A stretch of DNA of 64,000 bases, taken from the IMG/VR virus record IMGVR_UViG_3300009868_000002, positions 39,556-103,555 of that record; one strand, written 5' to 3'. Shown in pieces: positions 37,536-47,040 of this stretch. Origin of the DNA: a virus (taxonomy: Duplodnaviria; Caudoviricetes). Every line of letters begins with the position of its first letter. The first letter of the stretch is position 1. The notes below the pieces were generated by a model, which was not told the origin of the DNA, did no database searches, and saw only the letters and a list, made by a program, of their open reading frames with translations. The position numbers and the translations under genes are program-made.

Positions 37536-38493
37536 CGTATATTAGTTTTTGCACTGTTTCATAGGCAAAATCATAGCCATACTTTACTATCAACTCGTCG
37601 GGGTCTTTAACATTCAGATGTAGGGGAAGGGAAATCTCTACTGCATTAGGCAGTAGTTGCAGCAGGTTTTTACTTTTCTCTATGCCGGGAGCGTCATTGT
37701 CGTAGAATATAATTATCCTATCATAATCATTATAAGGCGTCAAGTCTGGCACTACCCCTTCAGATTGGAAGGCATGTATATCAAAGTCTGCTACCAGGTT
37801 TTCTAATACTAATACATCTTTTGCCGACTTGCTAAGTAGGCACACATTACTGCCTCTGTCGACTTTCCATATATCTTCTGATGTAGCGGTGCCAAAGAAT
37901 TTCTTTTCGGCAGGGATGTAAATCTTAGTGTGTGCGGTTTGGGGGAAATAGTAGGCGTAGGCAGGATGGATGGGATAATGAATGGCGGAACCTAACCAAT
38001 ATTGCTGTACAGAATACACATTTAGTTTGTGTAGCTGCGCTGATGATACAAAGCGTTTTGTCCAATATGCTTTATCCAGCTCTGTATATGTCGCTTTGCC
38101 GTCCTTGGTGAAGGGCACGAAGTGTACTACTCCTTTGCCTTCATGTGGTGCTCTTATATTGGATAGGACTGTAGGCTGTGCTTGCCCTAACCTGTATTCT
38201 TTCAGCACGTAGATGCTATAGAGCTTTTGTGCTGCCTGCGTAAGGCTGCAGCTGTAGATGTCGGCAACAGCATGGACGCAGGTATATTTGTTATAGCGTG
38301 GATAGGCAAAGTCGGTAAGCAGAATTAGTCCCTTCCATTCTCGAAGGTGGCAGTTAGGGAATTTGTCGGGCCTGAAGGGATTGGTGGTTAGCTGGTACAG
38401 CTGTATCGATGGGTGAAGGATGTCCCTCCATACCTCCAGTTGGTTGATGTGCTGCCAAATGTCCTGGTAGGTAACAGTTATTTCACCATACAT
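37456..38493 (-). CDS. DNA primase (TOPRIM), crAss-type
   Basis: NPFRPD N-terminus, KSAKDV, QSEG, FYDNDAPG, KDPDE. Confidence 0.8.
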   Translation of the reverse strand: MYGEITVTYQDIWQHINQLEVWRDILHPSIQLYQLTTNPFRPDKFPNCHLREWKGLILLTDFAYPRYNKYTCVHAVADIYSCSLTQAAQKLYSIYVLKEYRLGQAQPTVLSNIRAPHEGKGVVHFVPFTKDGKATYTELDKAYWTKRFVSSAQLHKLNVYSVQQYWLGSAIHYPIHPAYAYYFPQTAHTKIYIPAEKKFFGTATSEDIWKVDRGSNVCLLSKSAKDVLVLENLVADFDIHAFQSEGVVPDLTPYNDYDRIIIFYDNDAPGIEKSKNLLQLLPNAVEISLPLHLNVKDPDELIVKYGYDFAYETVQKLIYDATTQTHAPIMVGAPGIHQPDTGLDI

Positions 38494-38579
38494 AATAGGG
38501 GGTTTAATCGCTGGACTAATGACGAGAACGAGCTTACAAGATAATCCTATTATAGTAAAACGGCAAAATACAAATTGTT

Positions 38580-38619
38580 AAAAAGCAGCAAAGGAGCAGA
38601 ATATTTCTGCCCCTCTGCC
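38580..38619 (-). terminator. Terminator-like hairpin
   Basis: gcagaa-tat-ttctgc core with extended pairing and a U-run on the - strand. Confidence 0.45.
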
Positions 38620-38650
38620 ACTAGACAGTTGTCCACAAAACCATTTCAAT

Positions 38651-39262
38651 TTACCACGGTGTTGCCGGGGTAGCTGCGTCACCAGAAGGCTCATCGGCAC
38701 GCTGTACAGGTACCACGTTGTGCTTGTTGAGCACCCGCAGCGTACCATGTTTGCTGCTAACGAAGGGGCCATAGCCTTTACCCTTGAGGTATCGGGGCGT
38801 CCAAAGTGTACCATTGGAAAGGTACACCAGAATCATCTCGACAGGGGTATCGCTATAGTCTTCGGGCAGCAGCGCCAGCACTTTCTTACACCAGTCTTCG
38901 AAGCTATCAGCCCTGCCGACGCCAGCAATCTGCTCGCGGGTAACGCCATAAGCTTCCAGATAGTGAGAGATGCGCGTCGACACTTCACGGGTACGCCGTG
39001 CTACCGCTTCATCCAGCGTTTCGTTGTCGAAATTCTTCACGTCTTCCTTACGCACCGGAATGATGCTATCGACGACTGCCGTAGCACTTTCCTCTCCTGC
39101 ATCATCCTTACGAAACACGCGTACAACAACGCCAGGGCCCTGATAGGGCGGAATGAATTTGTCGCGGCTAACATCTTCCAGCGAAATACGCAAAAGCAGG
39201 TTTGTGTTTACACCCCCAACTAGTACCGGGGGCAACTTATCAAGTTCTCCATACATTGACAT
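38651..39262 (-). CDS. Hypothetical replication-region protein (possibly SSB-like)
   Basis: 203 aa, acidic tail ending PW; close to the Sak4-like ATPase. Confidence 0.5.
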   Translation of the reverse strand: MSMYGELDKLPPVLVGGVNTNLLLRISLEDVSRDKFIPPYQGPGVVVRVFRKDDAGEESATAVVDSIIPVRKEDVKNFDNETLDEAVARRTREVSTRISHYLEAYGVTREQIAGVGRADSFEDWCKKVLALLPEDYSDTPVEMILVYLSNGTLWTPRYLKGKGYGPFVSSKHGTLRVLNKHNVVPVQRADEPSGDAATPATPW

Positions 39263-39296
39263 AAAACTGCAGTTTTTAGTCGTTAAAAAAAGTTAA

Positions 39297-39617
39297 TCAA
39301 AATGTGTCATCGTCATGGTTAGCACCGGCGAAGACTTCTGCTACATTGGCGCTAAATCCTTTAGCGTCAGTAGCAAGGGTGTACCCTTCTCTAATGGCGA
39401 CGCCAGTGTTATCGTCACTAGGAGTGTCGTCTACAAAGACGACGTCGGTACGTTGGGGCTTACGGCGCAAGTCCAGTCCGAAGCTGGCCAGTGCTTTCTC
39501 CAGCCGCTTGGTGGTTACAGTAGTGTGAAAGTCAACGTGGATACGTTCTTTCATCTCGCTCTTAGTGAGGCCCAAGTCATAGAGCCCCACAAGATAACTT
39601 TTTGTGATTTCCTTCAT
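39297..39617 (-). CDS. Hypothetical protein (possible HTH)
   Basis: 106-aa ORF. Confidence 0.55.
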   Translation of the reverse strand: MKEITKSYLVGLYDLGLTKSEMKERIHVDFHTTVTTKRLEKALASFGLDLRRKPQRTDVVFVDDTPSDDNTGVAIREGYTLATDAKGFSANVAEVFAGANHDDDTF

Positions 39618-39620
39618 TTG

Positions 39621-40382
39621 TTAAATAAATATTTTATCCCAATGTGTAATAACCTTCGTACCGTCGTCCTCGCTAATAATAAATTCCTGTCCGCTAAGTC
39701 TGCGTAGTCTGCTGCCTGTTGCTAAATCTGTTTCACTCGTCTTGAAAGAAAGGATGCGTTTGTTTTCTTTAGGGTAGAGGTAGCCAATAGCGTCCATGTC
39801 TGCGCATACCAATATTTTCAGCTTGCCGGTTAATTCTACGTCCGTAGCGGCAAGCTCTTCGCCGCCTTTGGTGATGCTGCTGCGCTTGATATGTGCCAGC
39901 AGTATCAGGCACTTCTTTGCAAACGGACTGATTTTGTTGTACAGGAGCATGTAGGCTTCCCGAAGGTAGCCGTAGCCTGCACCTCGGGGCAGCTGTGTGA
40001 TGTCGTTACCCGTCCAGCCTTTGCCCATGTCGGTACGTTGGTACATGCTGCACGCAATCTCATTGGCGATATCTTCCATCGCTGTAGCTGTATCCAGAAT
40101 GATGTAGTCATACTGCTTTCCTTGCTCATAGCGGGCACGCAGCGCTTCGATGATGAGCTTCATAGCACCAGAGGAAGTAGTTTTCTCTTCCAGTGCTATC
40201 TTGCGTACATCGACGACGACTTCATCGCTATTGAATCCAGAGCCGTCTTCTGTAGCGATAATCAGGTGGTTGGGCAGGTGGGAGACAACCGTTGTCTTAC
40301 CTACCTTGGGTGCCGAGAAGATGAGGAGCTTGCCGGGATTTGTTTTTGTTACACCTTGTGGTGCATCAGGGAGTGTTATCAT
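39621..40382 (-). CDS. AAA ATPase, Sak4/AAA_24-like
   Basis: SAPKVGKTT Walker A, YIILDTAT Walker B, GAGYG, LLAH, DAIGY. Confidence 0.85.
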   Translation of the reverse strand: MITLPDAPQGVTKTNPGKLLIFSAPKVGKTTVVSHLPNHLIIATEDGSGFNSDEVVVDVRKIALEEKTTSSGAMKLIIEALRARYEQGKQYDYIILDTATAMEDIANEIACSMYQRTDMGKGWTGNDITQLPRGAGYGYLREAYMLLYNKISPFAKKCLILLAHIKRSSITKGGEELAATDVELTGKLKILVCADMDAIGYLYPKENKRILSFKTSETDLATGSRLRRLSGQEFIISEDDGTKVITHWDKIFI

Positions 40383-41451
40383 ACTGTTTTACTTTATCAT
40401 AGACTCTAAGCATATTCTCTGTGTCGTTTGGCAGTGGCAGCTCTTTAATGTATCCAGTTTTTCCGTCAAAAAACAGCCCAATTTCTTTATTTACAGGGCC
40501 ATAGCGCTGCTTAACGATATTTATCGTCCTAAAGTAGGAGCTTAGCATACTTAGCTGATATCCATTTTCATCTGGGTAGACTTTATATCCATAGCGGCTA
40601 GGGTCATTAATGCCAAGGATATTCATATAGCGTCTGCCTACCTTTTTGTTATCACCCAATCCCTGTAATGAAACTCTGGTATAGTTTTCCTTCTTATGCT
40701 CTATGTCTTCCTTAGCGGCCATCTGTTGGTGTATTACTAAGCAGTTGTAGTTAAAGCGCTTGGTAACATAGCTTCGCAGGTAGCGCGTCATATTCTCTAT
40801 TGCTGAATCTAGCGTCACTTCTTTATCATCGGGCATTAATTCTCCTACGTGGTCTACGACAGTAATGATGAATTCTTCAGGATTGTGAGGGACATAAGCA
40901 TTCCAATGCTTTACATCGGTAGCGGGTTTGCCATTCATGAATATGTCGCCACGACTAAAGGCAAATTCACGAATGGTATCGTAGATACCAAAAGACTTAT
41001 ACGTTCTATCGTCGACGTTGATATAAGCCTTATACTGCTCAAACATGTCGTCGACACGGTGCTGCTCCAGAATAGTCAGGTACTCTTCGTCGATAGCTTC
41101 AGTAAAGCTTTCAAATTCCCTGATATTCAGGCGTACTGCTGCCAAGCGATAGGCTAGTGCAGAGTATAGCGTATAGTCGAATTGCTCCTCACTTTCTTCC
41201 AATGCAAAATACAAAATTTTCAGGTCTAAGTTATTCTCGATAGCAAAGTCTATAGCATTAATGACGTATAGTTGTTTTGCTATCGTCGTCTTCCCAACAC
41301 TTGAGTTGGAAGATATGCAGTCTAACATACCTTTGATGATGCCGGGAAAGTAGCTAGTAAGTCGTGGTGCGTTTCTGAAGGGAATACATCGCAGTTTCCC
41401 TGCCAGGAAAAGCTCTCTGTTGTGTTTTATTTTATCCAGCATTCTACTCAT
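40366..41451 (-). CDS. DnaB-like replicative helicase
   Basis: SNSSVGKT, FALEE, VVDHVG, IHQQ, KQRYG; likely start 41451 by ATGA coupling. Confidence 0.85.
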   Translation of the reverse strand: MSRMLDKIKHNRELFLAGKLRCIPFRNAPRLTSYFPGIIKGMLDCISSNSSVGKTTIAKQLYVINAIDFAIENNLDLKILYFALEESEEQFDYTLYSALAYRLAAVRLNIREFESFTEAIDEEYLTILEQHRVDDMFEQYKAYINVDDRTYKSFGIYDTIREFAFSRGDIFMNGKPATDVKHWNAYVPHNPEEFIITVVDHVGELMPDDKEVTLDSAIENMTRYLRSYVTKRFNYNCLVIHQQMAAKEDIEHKKENYTRVSLQGLGDNKKVGRRYMNILGINDPSRYGYKVYPDENGYQLSMLSSYFRTINIVKQRYGPVNKEIGLFFDGKTGYIKELPLPNDTENMLRVYDKVKQYDNTP

Positions 41452-42151
41452 AGGCATAGTCTGTATGATGTACTAAATTCTAACGAACTCGTATATAGTA
41501 TATACTTACACAGTGAAGTAGATTCAAGATACATTTGTGTATAGAAAAAGGTGCTGGATACCCGTCCCTGGAGTAGTAGTTTCATAGTATAAGCCGGTGT
41601 GAACCTCCTTCCATTGAAAGTATGCGGTTTGTATAGCTAATCAGAGGTGCTCTATCGATAGTCCGCGCTGAATGATACCATGACCAGGATAGCTGTGCGA
41701 AGCGATTTAGTTTCATAATATAAGTCGTATTGATGGTGCGTTACCGTGAAGAATTCTCCAGTAATAAGTAGGATGATGTCCTAGGAGATACCATTGGTGT
41801 TCTATTGATAGTTTATTTACATCTTCGCCATAGGTATACCACAAGGCAAGCTCGAAGTAAGGTGGTAGTTTCATAGTATCAGCCTTATTGATTTATTCTT
41901 ATCGTCTAGGGAATACTCTATAGCTATAGCTCCACCTATAAGCTGAAGTGTTAGTATTTCATCCATGCTGTCAAAGTAGCAGTATGATGTCCAGCGGAAT
42001 AATAGTTTCATAGTATTAGCCTCGGCGTAATCGGCGTAATGTTAAATCCAAAGTCGTAGTTCTCGTAGAATAATCCTATGATGTCGTCTTCACATACATC
42101 TGTTTCGCTGTAGTTAAACGCACTAGAAACAAAGGCGCAAAATAGTTTCAT
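41448..42151 (-). CDS. RLIL mini-ORF array C: 5 coupled ORFs
   Basis: 42008-42151 (..TPRLIL), 41871-42011 (..SIRLIL), 41713-41874 (..SIRLIL), 41582-41716 (..SHRLIL), 41448-41585 (..SYRLCL); all start MKL. Confidence 0.85.
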
Positions 42152-42669
42152 ATCATTCCTGATTTATTCTCTTCAAAGGTAGCATACATAGCGGGTGCTA
42201 TGCCCGTTAGAAAGTCTGCAAGTTTCTTAGCGTATGTCGTGTTAGCGTAGTAGCTTACCGTTACCGTTGCCAGCCTCTCGATGTCCAGATTCTTAATCTT
42301 CTGTTGCAGGGCAGCAAAAGCATCTTCATCACCAGAGCCTACAATGCTATAGTCTCTGGGATTATTAGGATGGCCATTATGCCGTATGCCTCTGGTTGCC
42401 AGCAGCTTCATGAAGTCTGCGTAGTTTCCCTGGTTTTCGATGATAAACAGAGGATAGCGTAACGCTATCGTATCTGTTTCGGCGTCATGAAAGCACAGGT
42501 TGATGCGATACTTATATTCATTGTCGGGACTGATGATGCCAGAGTTTATTACCAGCCAGTCCAGTGTGCCGTATTGCTGCATTTCGGCAGCGGCGCAGAA
42601 CAGCAGGGCTTCCTCGACGGGGAGCCCTGACTGCTCTATAGTTTTCAGTAAGGTAGGGTTTACCTTCAT
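42148..42669 (-). CDS. Hypothetical protein
   Basis: 173-aa ORF with ATGA overlaps at both ends. Confidence 0.7.
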   Translation of the reverse strand: MKVNPTLLKTIEQSGLPVEEALLFCAAAEMQQYGTLDWLVINSGIISPDNEYKYRINLCFHDAETDTIALRYPLFIIENQGNYADFMKLLATRGIRHNGHPNNPRDYSIVGSGDEDAFAALQQKIKNLDIERLATVTVSYYANTTYAKKLADFLTGIAPAMYATFEENKSGMI

Positions 42670-42916
42670 AAGATAAGCCTTGTCGAGCTATCCAGAAATA
42701 TTATTGCAATAGATATTTTTGAAAACATGCTATCAAATTCGATGAGGGAAGCATAGCTTTCCCCTACTTCGTATCGTTCGTATAGTCTCATAGGTATAAT
42801 CTTGTAGATGTGTCAACAAATGCACTGTGCCAATAGTTAAGTACATACGAGAAGTATGGTGCAAAGGCGTCAGTATAGTGGTAAAATCCTACTTCTGGGC
42901 GTTGTGATAGTTTCAT
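42666..42916 (-). CDS. RLIL mini-ORF array D: 2 coupled ORFs
   Basis: 42788-42916 (MKLSQRPEVG..STRLYL), 42666-42791 (MRLYERYEVG..STRLIL). Confidence 0.82.
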
Positions 42917-44175
42917 GGCAGGTAGGTACAGAATTCATCGTCCAGTTCTCCTAAGAAATCATGCAAGTAGTCTTCATCCCTGGTGTCGGATAGTACATAG
43001 CAATAAATCTCTGGCTCCTCGCCACGCAGGCTCCTGCCTAGTTTCTGTATCGTCATCAGCTTACTTCCATCCAGCTGCACCATGAAGATTTTCTCCAGGT
43101 TAGCCAGATTCATTCCTTCATTCAGCATAGAGACAGCGTACAGCCTATTCACTTCCCCTTCGTTAAACTGCCGCACCAAGTCGGTGTTGTCCTTCTTGCT
43201 TTTGCTGTGTACGCTAACGTGTGTTCCTGCCATAGCGTCACACTGCTCGATAGAGGAAGCAAATACCAGGCAGCGGGAAGTTTCCTGACGTAGTACCGAT
43301 GCTACATGGGCGGCTTTGCAGTCCCCCATGAAGCGCTTACGCTGGCTGCCTAGCTGGCGCCACCGATTCTTTACCCATTCATTCTGCCTGTACCATTCTG
43401 CAACAAAGAATTTACGTGAAGAGTCATTAGCGATGCCTTCAGATTCTGTAAACATCTTGGCGTTATCAGTGAAGTACTTTGACTTCCACCATTCCATCTC
43501 GTCGGTAAGCAGTTGGTAGTATTGCGCCTGTGTGCAGCTGATGTGGTACTGTACTTTGCGGGCCTGATAGCGCAGGCTGTTCCAGTAGCTGGTAAAGTTG
43601 GTATGCTCCACAGGATTTCCCTTGGCACCCTTGATGTACGTCAAGTCGGTAGTAGTAGTATCCAGCTTCAGTCGCTTGACAAAGATACGGGGCTGTGGCA
43701 GGATACCTTTACGGATAGCTTCGGCGAGCCCTACTCTGAACATCTTCAAGTCAGGAGACAGCTGCTTGAGGAGCAGCATCTTCTCGGTAGGCACGGTAGC
43801 AGAAAGATACAGGCGCCTGTTGGTAGCAATCTGCCTGGCGTATTTGATGCTACGCTGTGTTAGGTGGTGACACTCGTCAAAAATGACGATATCATAGTTG
43901 TTTCCTGCTTCCTTGTCGATACCGGCATAGGTACAGAATACTACATCCGTGCTGAAGCCATGCTTTTCCAAGTCAGCAATCCAGTTCTGCTTATGTACCA
44001 GCTGATGGTGTACGATAAGTGTAACCTTATCCTGCATACATAGCCCTGCAGCGCGTGCTTTTCCTACCCCGGTAGCCCATAGCAACAGCAAGTCGTTGTG
44101 CTGCTGGCTTTGGTTGTAGGCTTCTTCCTGTAGGACAGCCTTGCGGCGATTAGCTTCTTCTTGATTGAATATCAT
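42913..44175 (-). CDS. Superfamily 2 DExH helicase
   Basis: ATGVGKA, DECH, LSAT, EGMN, QKLGRSLR. Confidence 0.88.
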   Translation of the reverse strand: MIFNQEEANRRKAVLQEEAYNQSQQHNDLLLLWATGVGKARAAGLCMQDKVTLIVHHQLVHKQNWIADLEKHGFSTDVVFCTYAGIDKEAGNNYDIVIFDECHHLTQRSIKYARQIATNRRLYLSATVPTEKMLLLKQLSPDLKMFRVGLAEAIRKGILPQPRIFVKRLKLDTTTTDLTYIKGAKGNPVEHTNFTSYWNSLRYQARKVQYHISCTQAQYYQLLTDEMEWWKSKYFTDNAKMFTESEGIANDSSRKFFVAEWYRQNEWVKNRWRQLGSQRKRFMGDCKAAHVASVLRQETSRCLVFASSIEQCDAMAGTHVSVHSKSKKDNTDLVRQFNEGEVNRLYAVSMLNEGMNLANLEKIFMVQLDGSKLMTIQKLGRSLRGEEPEIYCYVLSDTRDEDYLHDFLGELDDEFCTYLP

Positions 44176-45128
44176 AGTAGTAATCTATTAGTACGAAAGA
44201 AAAGTTGAGCATTAGCATCGCAGCTAAACAAGAAAGGGCATCTGTAGTTGTCGTATTCCCATACGTGACTATAGTAGTCTGCGCCACGACTAAGCAAGCG
44301 AATTATCATAGTAGTAATCTGCTTGAGTTATAGAGAAAGCCGTGGTAGTAAATTACTGGTATAAAGAAAGGTATTTCTATGTATGCTGCTCTCTCTAAGT
44401 AATACTCTCCTCCGTATTTATACATAGTGATTTTCATAGTATTAGTCTTATTGAGTCTTCAGGTATCCTCATAGTATCAAACCAGATTATTCCCCATGTC
44501 CATACGCATTGTTTCACTTGATGTATTTCAGTTCCATAGCAGAATCCTACATCATCCATTTTATATAGTATCATAGTATTAGTCTTAGTGAGGCGTTATC
44601 TCTATTGTAAAGTGGCATAGTACTAAAGTCTAGGAAGTCAAGCTCTGAAGTATACCACATAGAAACGATAGTGCGGTAGCTACAATAGCCATTTCGGTTA
44701 GGGCGATATATAGAGAGTATCATAGTAGTATTCTTGTACCCATATATCTACGAGATGTTGTATTAGGTGGCCAGCCATAAAGTATGTTTCGATAGCCAAA
44801 ATGAAATATGCTTTCAATGCTATGTCCGCAAACATCTGTAAGTATCCTCATAGTACTATTCTTGTAGTCCAAAACTTGCTTTCTTTGTCTATGCTCCAAT
44901 TATGATGCCTTGCCATAGGTGCCATCTGGGGGCCGTTTTCAATGATAAATATGCGAGTATTCTCGATACACTGGCCAAGGCGTGTGATTTTATATAGTAT
45001 CATAGCATTAGTCTTTGTCCGATGAATCTCTTGTGTATTATGTTTGGGTTCCAGTCGTATAGACTATAGCGGTGGAAATATACTATACTACCAAAGCAGT
45101 GTCCAAAAGCATCTATCGATAAGTTCAT
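44172..45128 (-). CDS. RLIL mini-ORF array E: 7 coupled ORFs
   Basis: 45000-45128 (..GQRLML), 44848-45003 (..TTRIVL), 44720-44851 (..GTRILL), 44571-44723 (..SLRLIL), 44434-44574 (..SIRLIL), 44306-44437 (..SSRLLL), 44172-44309 (..TNRLLL). Confidence 0.85.
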
Positions 45129-45132
45129 AGCG

Positions 45133-47040
45133 TTACTTTTCCCAGCAGTCGGCTATCTTGCAATCTACGACTACTGGTATTGATTTAATGATAATTTCTC
45201 CCGACTCTATCATGATTTGCTGCAGTTTCTCTTTCCATTGTCCTGCAAGCTCTTCTTTACATTCCGAGGCGACTTCGTCATGGATAGGTAAGATTGGTTT
45301 GATGTTGTACTGCAAGCTATTCTCTATTAAGTAGTAGTAGATTTTACCTAGTATACATTTCATCCAGTCTGCGTTGGTGCCTTGCGGTACATGATTGCGC
45401 CCACTACGTTCTGCTTCTCCTCTCTCTGAGAAGTCTGTCCATGGCAGCCATCTTACTCTTCGATATGGAGGTAAAGTAATTGCCTTCTTTGCGTTGACAG
45501 CATAATTACTTATCCTGTCCAGAAAGTTTCTTAATGTAGGTACACTGCTAAGAAAGTTTTCTATGATTTCAGCAGCCTGCTGCTGGCTAATCTCCAGTTT
45601 GCTTGCCAGCTTCTTTGGACCCATGCCGTAGGAAATTCCAAAATTCAGTGTTTTTTGGACTCCTCTATAGCTTTCACCACCATAGGGAGACTTCTTCTTT
45701 ACGTCTTCTATTGGAATGTTGAAGGTACGGGCACACAACTCCCCGTGTAAGTCTTTACCTTCTCTGAAGGCAGACAGCCATACTTCATCCTGGCTAGCCT
45801 CCGCTAGTATCCTTAATTCTGCTCCAGAGATATCACCACCTACTATTTTCCAGCCTTCTTCAGGGATAAAGCAAGACCGTATTTGCTTGCCTATCTCTGT
45901 GCGGCTTGGTATCTGTAAGAGGTTAGGCTTAGTAAAATCCTTTTTCTTCTTTCCTGTCTCGTCTTTCTTTGATTTACTTCCGGCACTAATCCTTCCCGAC
46001 TTGAGGTTTTGCCAGAAGCTGGTGTGTATCCTTCCTGTTATAGGATTGATTGCTTTAGGTAACGGTAAAGCGAAGCCAGAGTACAACTTCAGTGTTTTTA
46101 TATACTCCTGCATCAAGGGTATAATAGGATGTTCCTTCTTAAACCTGTTGAGAGACTGCTCTGAAGTATCTTGTATTAGTGGATTAATTCGCTGTAACAG
46201 CTGTAGTTTCTGCTGTGGGCTAGCCCAATTTATTCCTGTATTCATAGGAGCAAACATGTTAGTCTGGCGTTTTCCAATGCCATCGAAAAGAGGATACTGC
46301 ACTATAACTTCATCAAGCCTATGTTCTAGCTTGATAAGCTCTTCTGCTAAGGCTGCTGTAATAGTACTCCACTTCTCGGTGTGCAGCTTAACGCCATTGT
46401 ACTCCATAAGTCCCAAGCATAGACATGCCCTGTTTTCTATGCCTAGCACGGTGAGCTCATCCTGTGTATCATCACTAGCCATACCCATCTGCTGTAAGGC
46501 ATCTACCTGGTGATACATGATACTGGGTAGACATTCTACATCCTGGGCGGCGTACTTAATCACCCTCTCTGTAAGCCCTTCCCTATGGATGACGCCACGA
46601 ATAGTTTTATCCAATTCCATATTGGCGTACTTCTTCGCCATCGTTGCCAGCGTATAGCTGCCTTCAGGCATATCTTTACCGGCATGGATGAGGCATTCTG
46701 CTACCATGACGTCGTAGATATTACGCAGATAGTATCCTTCCTGAAAGAAGAATTTCATGTCGAACTTGGCGTTCTGCAGTATTTTAGTAGTAGCAGGACT
46801 GGACATTTCAGTGAGGATGCTATCCTTTTCAGCTCTGTCAAGGCTAAACCAGTCTATGACGTACTGTACGTTATTATCGCCTATTTGCAGAGACAGGATT
46901 TGATTCTTTCCATTCCATTCTCCTGTAGTTTCTGTATCTACGCCATAGCAGTCGGTGATTTGCATATAGTATAGAACATCCTGTACTGAAGCAGTTTCAA
47001 AGGGTAGGGAATGCTGCTTGTTGCTGACGAACCTTATCAT
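45133..47040 (-). CDS. polA: Family A DNA polymerase with 3'-5' exonuclease
   Basis: VDTET, NAKFD, YAAQD exonuclease motifs; DISGAELR, KTLNFGISYG, IHDE polymerase motifs. Confidence 0.93.
   Translation of the reverse strand: MIRFVSNKQHSLPFETASVQDVLYYMQITDCYGVDTETTGEWNGKNQILSLQIGDNNVQYVIDWFSLDRAEKDSILTEMSSPATTKILQNAKFDMKFFFQEGYYLRNIYDVMVAECLIHAGKDMPEGSYTLATMAKKYANMELDKTIRGVIHREGLTERVIKYAAQDVECLPSIMYHQVDALQQMGMASDDTQDELTVLGIENRACLCLGLMEYNGVKLHTEKWSTITAALAEELIKLEHRLDEVIVQYPLFDGIGKRQTNMFAPMNTGINWASPQQKLQLLQRINPLIQDTSEQSLNRFKKEHPIIPLMQEYIKTLKLYSGFALPLPKAINPITGRIHTSFWQNLKSGRISAGSKSKKDETGKKKKDFTKPNLLQIPSRTEIGKQIRSCFIPEEGWKIVGGDISGAELRILAEASQDEVWLSAFREGKDLHGELCARTFNIPIEDVKKKSPYGGESYRGVQKTLNFGISYGMGPKKLASKLEISQQQAAEIIENFLSSVPTLRNFLDRISNYAVNAKKAITLPPYRRVRWLPWTDFSERGEAERSGRNHVPQGTNADWMKCILGKIYYYLIENSLQYNIKPILPIHDEVASECKEELAGQWKEKLQQIMIESGEIIIKSIPVVVDCKIADCWEK

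Noticed and set aside
45716-46513. Long antisense ORFs (also 49388-50098, 32773-33360, 19396-19950, 60110-60670)
   Set aside because: They are shadows of well-supported genes on the opposite strand and have no recognisable motifs.
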